A stretch of DNA of 64,000 nucleotides, taken from Schizosaccharomyces osmophilus. Taxonomy: Eukaryota. Under the pieces are notes generated by a model. It did not search any database and was not told the origin of the DNA. It worked only from the letters and a program-made list of their open reading frames with translations. Where the stretch lies: positions 930,001 to 994,000 of the forward strand of contig NC_079238.1 in the NCBI RefSeq assembly GCF_027921745.1. Direction: 5' to 3'. Below, piece after piece: positions 53,294-63,043 of the stretch. Made by a program: the position numbers and the translations under genes. Position 1 is the first letter of the stretch; every line of letters starts with the position of its first letter.

Positions 53294-55598
53294 ATCCAAG
53301 AAAATTAAATGAACACTTGGTAAAGAAGTTTATAAATAATAGAAAGTCGTATTCAATAATAGCTTGTCTTTTTATAAACCGAATGAAATCTTCAAAACTT
53401 GCATCAAAACATAAGCATCCTTCTCTATATTTAGTTTTCCTTTCCAACAAGCAGATTCACGGTAAAAGATACTTTGGTTCAATTTCACCTTGTAAATCCA
53501 CCTATTTACGCTTCGTTTATGATCACCGACAAACACGCTCAAGAGAAGGAATACAGACCTATTATTCTCAGAAACACGTTTCCTGGTTAAGTGTAAATTT
53601 TAAACAGCATAAAATGCTAAACTTTTCGCTTTTTTTAGTGTATATTCGATGTAAACAAAGGGTATAGCCAGACCTTGTAGAAAGGATAACGAGATGAAGT
53701 GGATGCTTGTTGATATTGCTAACAACAAATGGTAAGCCAATTTCGTTAAAATGTAAACAAACGGTTGAGATTGTCGTAGCTTTTAACAATGCTGGATATT
53801 CTTCCGTTCTCTTTTCATGAAGAGGCTAGCAATATTGTTTTCTAAAAAGGATGTCAGAAATGATGTTGCATTTGCAAACTTATGTATCAAAGGATGATGA
53901 TGTATGAAAGAAACCACTAGAAATGATTGCTAGTCGTTGAGCGTTCGCGATTACATTGAAATCTTGTTTCCTAATGAGTAAAGCTGTTCATTACTGTGAC
54001 TACCAAGGTTTTCCAAAAAGATCATTACAAACAAATGAAAAGTGCTAATTTTTTTTCATTGCAATCAAACCGTGGCTTTCACATTTTTCATTAGCAAAGT
54101 AGGCCACAAAGCAAGAAAAAAAAATATTTTTCTCTATCAATAATTCAATCAACTCTCTTACCTCTGAAGAGAATTGTAATTTCAATTATTTGTTTGGCAG
54201 TTTTAATTAAGGCATTTCAATAAAGCCAGTCATGAGGGAACAACGAATTTTCGCTCAGGAATCCAGGTTTTTTAGTAAATTGAATTTTTTTATGTGAAAT
54301 GCTAAAAAAAGCTCCTATTTTCTCATAGGAGAAGTCTCATAAGAAGAGAATCTGCTTTGTTTATAAAAATGTAAACAAACGCAAATATACTAAGGTGTTA
54401 CTTATCATTGTGACTCAACACTGCGTAAGCGATGCGAAATATATTGCAGAAACAAACTTCTTCTTTCTTCATTTCTAGCAGTCGGATGGGATTTATCTTG
54501 CTTTTGGAGGAGTTGTAAAATGGATTGACTTGTAGTCGAATCCTATTTCAATTGATATTCGCATTTCATCGTCATTTGGGAGGTTTGCGTATAGAAGAAA
54601 ACTAGAATCGTTCAATTCTTTCGCTCTTGAAACTATACAAGTCCTGTTGGAATGTAAAAAAGAGACAAGTTGGGCTTTACGTACAGCAGTTCCAACGTTT
54701 CCTATGCTGATCTCGAGAAGGGACTTTCTTTATGCACGCCAGAGGCATAAAACAAGCAGCCCAATTCAGGTTCTTTTAAGCAGCAAAGAGAAACGATGTT
54801 TTTCCGTATAATTTCCTTGCAGTATTTATTCAGTTTTCTTTCGAGTGGTCTTGGAAAGTTATTCAGCGGTACTGGAAAAGGGGTAGAATTATTAGTTTAT
54901 AGAGTTGGTTTACTTATTGCGATTGGAATTTAAAATTATTTTTGATGTATGGTATTGCTTCCTTTTTATCCTTTATCCTTCTTAGTTTAATAGCTGTGAG
55001 CTCACCTGAAAACACGTATTAATGGCATACTTCCGAGCTATCAGCAAAACGACAATGCATTGGATCTTGCACCGCCTACTACGAACGAAGGAATAGAGAC
55101 GCAAGCAATAATACTAGTCAAACTTGGTTCCGCTCATTTGTCTTCTGTTCTCTAGTTTGTTTGGACTCTTTCGCTAATGCTGATCGCAATCGATATGGAT
55201 TGCTTTAATAAACCATCATTTATATTCCTTTTTTTATCTATTTCAAATCCAGTCGGAAATAGCTTGAAACTAAGAAACAACTTTGTATTAATATGAATTG
55301 ATGACTGCAATCGAAAGGCATGCGTTTTAATTTCTCATTTTTAAGGCATTGAGTTGGTATGACCGCGGAAATCGAAAACGAAAGACTTACTGCAGCTAAT
55401 CTATTAGTTATTATAAATATTGTTGCTGAAATGTTTACCAAAAAATTGTAATTTCATTACATTCACATTAGGTCCCTTTTTTTTGCTTCCTGTTACTTGT
55501 CGAGGAACGTCTCACAAAAAGGGAAATGAGAAAAGCATTTCCAAGCATGAATTTACGTTCAACATATCAAAAAATAAATAAAGAGAAAAAAAATGAAA

Positions 55599-55728
55599 AG
55601 CCTACAGCACCCTGGATTCCCATGTTGTCTCCAATCGTAGTACTAACGAGGCGAGGCCCTCAGACGTTTTCACTTAACTGCAGTGATCGGACGGGAACTG
55701 GTGTTTTCACCTAGGTGTGGCCGTAGAC
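55599..55728 (-). pseudogene. Degenerate 5S rDNA copy (130 bp; 6-nt and 5-nt insertions plus substitutions)
   Basis: Reverse complement GTCTACGGCCACACCTAGG..TGCTGTAGGCT; versus the copy at 60159 it has an extra TGAAAA and a duplicated GCCTC. Confidence 0.85.
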
Positions 55729-56399
55729 ATTGATTCGCTTTGTAAAAGCAATAAGAGCAATTCGTCTTGTTGTAGTTGATGGTCTTTAGCGTTGTGTGTT
55801 GGCCTGATGTCCTTTAAAATCCAATTCTACTCAGCTCTACCTTTGGTTATTTTTCAGGGCTGAATGAAAAATGCTTTGTTCAATTACAAAATTGATAAAG
55901 TGCAACACTTGGGATGAAAACAAACTGTTTTTCCCTTCTCTATTGATTCACGTTGTGCTAGGCCACCACCACCTAGGAAAGCTGGACTAATAAAGTTGGA
56001 ATATGCGAGAACACTCGTTACTCTTTATCATACAAAAGAGGAATAAATGATTTTTCTAGAGATATCGAGAATGACGAGTGAAGCTGTAGTAAACAAAAGA
56101 ATTCAAGGAATAAAAAAGCAGAAAATGGCATTTTCTTATTCAGATTGAAAAGAAAGAACTAAAACATGACGTGAGAGATGAATAAACTACACGGAACTTC
56201 GAGGAATCCCCAAGTGGTGGCAAGCTGGCCATGCCAGCAGCATCTAGAAAGTACTAGGGCTCTTAAGAAATGTTTGACCCATCGTTGTGTTCAGGTATAA
56301 ATAGGAGTGAAGTAGGGTCGATTCGACAACATTGACAAAAGAAGAACAAGAGTTAATTTTATAGTTTATTTTCAAGTGTGAAAACAAGCGCTATTTACA

Positions 56400-56831
56400 A
56401 TGTCTCTTCAACCTTTCTTCGAGTTGCATCCTTTCCAAGACGTCTTTTCTGACTTTTTGAGTTATTCTCCTCGTGTCCAACGCCAAAATCGTGTTGGCGA
56501 TTTGTCACCGGCAATTGATGTTCACGAAGGAAAAGATACCGTCGAAGTGGATGTAGAACTTCCTGGTGTCAAAAAGCAAGACGTACAAGTTCATTATGAT
56601 GAAGGAAAATTGACGATTTCTGGTGAATCTGTGAACGAGCGCAAGAGCGAAGGCGACAAGGGAAACCAAAGATGGTCGGAACGTCGCTTTGGTTCCTTTT
56701 CTCGAACAATCGCCATTCCAAACAAGGTAGATGCCGATCGTATTGAAGCTCAATTCAACCACGGTATTTTAAGCGTTGTCTTGCCCAAGATTGAGGAATC
56801 TCGCTCCAAGAAGCAAATCGCCATTAATTAA
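56400..56831 (+). CDS. hsp16: Small heat shock protein (Hsp20/alpha-crystallin family)
   Basis: LSPAIDVHE..VELPGVKKQDV..WSERRFGSFSRTI..FNHGILSVVLPK..IAI; TATAAATA at ~56297, CRE TGACGT at 56167. Confidence 0.92.
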   Translation: MSLQPFFELHPFQDVFSDFLSYSPRVQRQNRVGDLSPAIDVHEGKDTVEVDVELPGVKKQDVQVHYDEGKLTISGESVNERKSEGDKGNQRWSERRFGSFSRTIAIPNKVDADRIEAQFNHGILSVVLPKIEESRSKKQIAIN

Positions 56832-57965
56832 GCTAAAGGGCTTCTAGCGGTAAATGAGTTTATGATGATATGAATATAATGAGAATTTTTAATGGCCTTT
56901 TTTAATAAAATAATGTTTAAATGAAAATTTATCAAAATTACAAAGGTACTCAGTTCAATATTGTTTATATTAAGTAGCACGGCGATAAAAACAATGTAAG
57001 TTTACAAGTCTCCAATCTAAGTATTTTAGTCGTTGCATGCTTTTCCAACGTAGTTTAATTCTCGGTCTATGAACATATATCGAATGGAAATTGATAACTG
57101 AAAACTGCAAAGCTGTTTAACTGTTTTACTGACCATGTTATTTTCGAGGACTACGTGTATATATGCTAATGTATTGGAAGATGTCGTTTAATAAAATAAA
57201 AAAGTCAAAACTGCTTTATTGAATCACACCAGTCGAATCTTCGAATTTGAAGACTTTAGCTACGGAATCATAGAATATCTAGCTTTTTTTCTCAGACTAA
57301 CCAACGTATATGATATCTTTAAACATGGATATGAGAATGAAACTTTTGAGTTAAATTTAGAAATCATAGTAGACCTATTCCTTGAAATTATTCAAGGACA
57401 AAATGGTTTCTATTTCAATAGTACGCTATTGTTTTTAAATGGCTTGAATTGTTTCTTGCACCGCCTTATTAACGCCGTTTCTTGTAGAGTAAAACACTAT
57501 ACGCCGTTTATTTTGTCTTTCAGAAAGCTAATATCTTTACTACATCTTTTCAATATTCTGCAAATAAAATGGTAATCAATTAATAATACGAATTAAATTT
57601 CTTATAAAATATTAGGAAAAATCTATTCGAAGCATCGTCCGGCATATTACTGACGAGGACATTATAAAACGAATGTATTAGTTCAAACAGCAGAATCTTC
57701 ACTTCGGAAGACGATAAATGGGAACGTTTTTAGCAATATAAAGAATAACTCAATTTAGATATAAGAAAGAAAAAACTCGCAGGTTCAAATTATCCAAGAG
57801 TAGTTGATCGATCTTATACGTTCATTGTTCATGTAGGCGATAAAATAAAAAAGCTTTTCATGCCAGAAAAAGAAAGGAAAAATTAAGAAACCATAAAGTA
57901 AACATTATGCTAATAAACAGTCATTTCAAAAGATGACTCAATATGCTTGAAAAGCGCCTTCAAAG

Positions 57966-58832
57966 TCAACGAAACCCAGATAAAAGAAACTCGTTATCTC
58001 CCAAGGACTCTAATCCGACGGCATTACGAAGACGCTCCTTTAACTTTATCGTCTCATTTGGCCCATACTGAATTCCATAGCCGTCAAGATAACGAGTACA
58101 TTGATCTTTTGTCAAGTTCTCGATATCCTCAATTGAATGAATCTGGGGCAGATCAAAGTCTGGTTCTTGGCCATTTACAAATGGAACGACATCAATAGAC
58201 TTCCCCAAGGATCTCAACTGTATGTTGTGCAATCTATAGTATCGATACTCCTGCTTGCTCAGTTTCTGATCGATACTACGTAGGCTTTCTTCTATTACGT
58301 CCGACCGTTGATTTTGCCGGACTTCCAGGGCTTCCAGTCGTTGTATTTGACGGGTTTCCAGGGCTTCCAGTCGTTGAATTTGACGGGTTTCCAGGGCTTC
58401 CAGTCGTTGAATTTGACGGGTTTCCAGGGATACCATCTCCCTTTTAAGAGCAAGAAATCCGACATTAGGATCATTAAAAAAGTTAATAAACCATTGTGGA
58501 GGTTGACTATTATTAGACTCCTCTAAACTTTTGTAATGATTCAGACGTCTCTCAACTAGGTTTATCTGTTCAAGCGCGCGTAAATTACTATAAAGATAAT
58601 CCTTTTCAAAATTCATTTCCCTGGTTCGTAAAGTAATTCGTTCGAAACCTTGTTCTAACTCATGCCTTTGAAATAGATAGCTTTTTTCATTGACTGCACC
58701 TCTTAAGTCAATTAAATAGCGACTTAACTCTGTAATGTTTTCCTGTCTTGGAGGAGGAATACCTAATTCATTCGTATATAAATTCTCGTTGTTGGTTGAC
58801 AAATCTTCTTGTAAGTGTGAATCCATATTCAT
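57966..58832 (-). CDS. Mug2/Mug135/Meu2 (Tdk1-like, DUF1773) family protein, 288 aa
   Basis: PPQWF motif, repeat-rich coiled-coil stalk, C-terminal VPFVNGQEP..LPQIHSIEDIENLTKDQCTRYLDGYGI..LKERLRNAVG matching the recalled DUF1773 pattern. Confidence 0.75.
   Translation of the reverse strand: MNMDSHLQEDLSTNNENLYTNELGIPPPRQENITELSRYLIDLRGAVNEKSYLFQRHELEQGFERITLRTREMNFEKDYLYSNLRALEQINLVERRLNHYKSLEESNNSQPPQWFINFFNDPNVGFLALKREMVSLETRQIQRLEALETRQIQRLEALETRQIQRLEALEVRQNQRSDVIEESLRSIDQKLSKQEYRYYRLHNIQLRSLGKSIDVVPFVNGQEPDFDLPQIHSIEDIENLTKDQCTRYLDGYGIQYGPNETIKLKERLRNAVGLESLGDNEFLLSGFR
58323..58429 (-). repeat. 33-bp tandem repeat x3 plus partial (ETRQIQRLEAL)
   Basis: Plus-strand unit ttccagggcttccagtcgttg(a/t)atttgacgggt at 58323, 58356, 58389. 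Confidence 0.95.
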
Positions 58833-60158
58833 TTTCTTTCATAAAATCAAGTAAAAGATCAATTCAATAATTAACTTTATATTGTTATTGCAATGGTTGT
58901 GGTTGTGGTTGTGGTTGTGGTGATGGAAGCAGTTTAAAGATACTAATTAACGAAGCGATAGCTATATACTCGAGGTAGTTCGATCAGTACAATTATGTAC
59001 GATTGTATAATATAGCCAAAAAAGTTTACTCAAGTTTAACAATGGCTTGCTTTTTCACAAAATCTAGAAAAATTCACAGAAATATTACTGTTTAGTTGAC
59101 TTTAATGAAAGATATCTCAATTCACCGAAAACAAAGTATACCTAGTAATCACTCAACAAAAACATTCAACATAAGAACTCGTGTCATCATCAGTCAAATT
59201 TGTTTACAGTCTTTTAATTTATAAGTTTTTAGAAAGCTAATGGTATAAACTTTAGGTTGAAAAGGTTTCAGCGGTCCATTTGTTCTGTCTTTTCATAATG
59301 TAAACAGAAAAATTTTGGGGAATAACAAAAAATCCATGTTGCTTCCTAAGCAGAACCAGATAAAAGTAATATTGAATTTGAAGTAGAACTTGAACAATGT
59401 AAAACCCAAGAAAAGGCAAAGTTTGTTGTTGCACAATTATAGACAAGGAAATTGCTGTTTCATATGAGGATGCCTATACTGCTTTGGTGCCATTCTATGC
59501 TTCACTTGTGTTCGTCAAAAACTAATCGATATCATGCTTTCTCTTTCTTTTTCTTAAAATGGAAAGTTAATTACAAAACTGAGAACCTTGCAAGATGGTT
59601 GGTGTAAACGAAACGTAATTGTTGCTGAGAATCGATGTCAATAAACAAATGCTCTCTTGTGTAAAAGCTTGGCGAAAACTTTTTTTATTCAAATAAAACA
59701 AGAATGAGATTCAAGTAGAGCCAATAAAAAAGAGGAAATTATCTTTGAAGTCACTACTTTTATATCAATCTACCGGCGGCGGTTTTGCATGGAAATATTA
59801 AATTTGTAACCAAAACTTTTATTATTGCAACATTCGCGCGTACTCTGTTACAACAGAAATCTCACAGAATATGGGAATGTTTACCTAGCGAAAACAAACA
59901 ACGAGGACAAATCTAAAATTGTCTAATTAGTCGAGCATTTTTAATACGATGTGAGAATAGTAAGAAAGTGAGCTGTATTTTTTTTTTTTTTTTTTTTTTT
60001 TTTCAATGTTTGTATGCATTTATAGCATTTTGAACCCATGGAAGAAAAGTAAAAGTCGGATTCAAGTGACTCTACTATAGTATCGATTTAAAGAAGGGTC
60101 TTTGCTTGTATAGACCAACAAAACCGGATTGTTTAAAAAAGGAAACCAAAAAGTGAAA

Positions 60159-60277
60159 AGCCTACAGCATCCCGGATTCCCATGTTGTCTCCAACCATAG
60201 TACTAACGAGACCCTCAGACGCTTAACTGCAGTGATCGGACGGGAACTGGTGTTTTCGCCTAGGTGTGGCCGTAGAC
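60159..60277 (-). rRNA. 5S rRNA gene (intact, 119 nt)
   Basis: GTCTACGGCCACACCTAGGCGAAAACACCAGTTCCCGTCCGATC..TTAGTACTATGGTTGGAGACAACATGGGAATCC..TGCTGTAGGCT followed by T-runs (Pol III terminator). Confidence 0.96.
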
Positions 60278-60937
60278 GTTTGTTGTGGTCTGTAAAAAAA
60301 TTTAATCCAATATTGATCCAGTCTTTTTGGCTTGATGAACTACAAGATCCAATTCGGCTCAGTTTTATCTGGTAAATTATCACGGTTGAACGGAGAATGC
60401 TTTCATATTGTAAGAATAAGATTTGAAAACACACAGTTTTCTCTTTTCTATTGATTCACATTGTGGTCGCAGGAGCATCAAATTGAGTGTATGAGTTTAT
60501 GGGTTGAAAATGTTACTTAATATAAATTGGGTTCTACTTGAAATTTTTCATGGTCCGTCGACTTGACTCCCAAAGTAAACGGTAATTCAATGTTTTAAAC
60601 TATATCAATCGATTCTTCCAATCTGAAGATTTATACTTTCTATGCTGTGAACGAATTTTACCTCTGGCGGTAATCACTTTCGTTCTTACAATTAATGAAA
60701 GACACGACACAGTGTTGAGTAAAAAACTAGTTAATTACGATGGTATTTTCCTCAGAATAATTAAAAATCATTAAAAAGGGTGTCTACTCATGAAGAAAAT
60801 GAACGATGCCGTGAAACGAATAAGAAGATTCATGAGAGAGAAATGAGAAAAGCAATCAAAGTCTGCTGGACTGCAATTGACATCGATGTTTCCAAAGAAG
60901 GAGCGAATGTAAAGAACGAAAGCGGCTTCGGTAGAAC

Positions 60938-62122
60938 TCAAACTTCAGCCCTTTGCTCAGCAAGAGGTTGAAGTTCGATTTCTTCGTTACGAGGTGCTTC
61001 ATCTCCTCGATTTGTTCCTTTTGAATTGGTTAATAACGCCTTGTGATAGGAAGCATTTACCAAGTGTACATACCGAACATATGAACCACAGCATTTCCCA
61101 AGCCGTGTCCCAAGCCATTTATTCCGTTTCCTAAGCCATTTATGCCGTTTCCTAAGCCATTTATGCCGTTTCCTAAGCCACTCATGCCGTTTCCCATATC
61201 GACGACTACTAATCTAAGTCGTTCACGCGCATTTGCATTCACTATAACTGTTAGAACATTTCGCGGGTGTATGACATACTCGTCAAATAAAGAAACAAGA
61301 CAAAGTTAACAAAACAAACAGCATAGAAAAAATTGTTGTTTATCTTTTCAAATCCTGTGAACTTCTTTGCAGCATAATACGCGGTGAAACCGAGGACATC
61401 GAGAAAACACACACATAATACTGAGATACACATAGCTGACAATACGTTTTTGGTTAATCTTCCAGTTTGCCTGTACCATTCCGGATATGTTACAAGAATC
61501 GCTAAAAATAAGTCAGTTGTTCGAAGACAAGAAATTGTTGACTTACTGAATAGGAAAATAAAAATGGATCCAATAGAACCGCCAGCAAGCCCGTAAAAAA
61601 CATTCGTATACGGAGAAACCTTGTAACCAAAAACTATGGCTAGAAAAACAGTATTATATAAAATAGCTATAATAGTCATTATGCCTACGAAAAAGTTTTT
61701 CCACCACTCTTTATTCGTTAAAGGGTCCGACCTGATGTTATTAACAGTATCTTGGGCGGAATTTTGAGCGGATCCATCAGCCATTTCTAGATCAACATTT
61801 TTTTTTGAGACTAATGGATGTATTAGTAACTGTTTTTTCGTGGTTTACGAAAGGATAGAGGTGTTTGTCGCGCTTGCTGACAGTTATCGACCAGGTGATT
61901 GAATTCAAACCCAACAATCAAATAAACAAGCATGATTCTTCCATCATGAGCCGTTCAAACAAGAACACAAAGAATAAACCTTTCCGTTCTATTTCAACTA
62001 ATCTTACCTGAATACGGAGGAGGCGTACCATCTGAAGGAGACGACCGACTATCTGCCTTTTCATCATTGAGCGTTTTGGAAGAGTCATCAGAATCTGAAA
62101 TAGGAGAGTACTTGTTTTTCAT
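60938..62122 (-). CDS. wtf: wtf-family meiotic driver, 5 exons: 62122-62008, 61810-61547, 61501-61280, 61241-61074, 61017-60938 (282-aa long isoform; 235-aa short isoform from ATG 61784)
   Basis: Exon 1 MKNKYSPI..TPPPYS (PY motif), 197-nt intron 1, in-frame ATG early in exon 2, several TM segments, 21-bp Gly/Asn repeats in exon 4, acidic tail ending AEV; four GT-AG introns keep frame (849 nt); 5S rDNA nearby. Confidence 0.88.
61112..61195 (-). repeat. 21-bp tandem repeat x4 in wtf exon 4 (GNGINGL)
   Basis: Plus-strand unit aagccatttatgccgtttcct. Confidence 0.92.
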
Positions 62123-63043
62123 ATTTACAATGGCAAGTAGAGCTCAAAATAGCGCCGATATTTACACTCCAAATGAAATCAACTAGAATCGCCAAGAAAA
62201 GTCCGTAGGAACTGGTTCCGCTCTTCACAGATCTGTCAGAAAAAGGAATTGGACCTTGCTTAAAAAGCAAACTAATCTTACAACACGAGTGTTCCCTTAA
62301 AACCAAAGATGCGAGTTTGAAAAAATCTTGGTAATGGCTTTTCGCATGTCTCAATTCATAAAAGCAGCGACATTATGTCACTGACTGGTCACAGTCCTCG
62401 TTACGATTATTCAACGTTGGTTTTTCATTGCGATTTTTCGTAATAGTATAATCCAAAAGAGTCGTCGTTTATTACAAAAAGTAAACAAAGGAACATTTGG
62501 CAAAACAACCATGCTGTTTGCTTAAATTATAAAAACAGGATTAGAAATGCATATCTTTGTATTGGAAGTTTCCGTGATTTTGGCTTAATGAATTCCAGGG
62601 AAAAGGATTGAACACTCTAGATTTTCGTAGCCTTACTTTCAGCATTCGTAAATCCATCGGAAGCCTGGAAAAGCAACGTTCAAACTATCACGAACGATGT
62701 TTGTAGTGACAAGTACATCTTTCTTTTATTTAATTTATTTTGATTACACGATAGAAACAAACAAAAGCGATTTCGGACAGTTCATTCATTGTAAATATAT
62801 ATAGAATAGCGTACGCTTACTAGCTATCGGTATGTGTGTCAGAGAGGGTGGATGACAGCTTCACCTCTGCAAAACTCTAGCCATTGCCATTGTGGACTCG
62901 ATTCATGTAGTTTGGAGTTGTTACAAAGTAGATTTATATTAAGCTTATTAGTCGGATCAGATGTGTGCTACTGTTCTGAAAGTTCTGACATGAATTTGGA
63001 TGTTTACTGCCTATTTGAGTAGGTTTTGAAGGAATTTCAGAAA

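Noticed and set aside
57219..57575. 118-aa ORF between hsp16 and the DUF1773 gene
   Set aside because: TTG start, AT-rich composition, no recognisable motif; cannot be supported as a gene
59977..60003. Long poly-T run (and poly-A at about 8025-8045)
   Set aside because: Common intergenic homopolymers; no target-site duplication or retrocopy evidence
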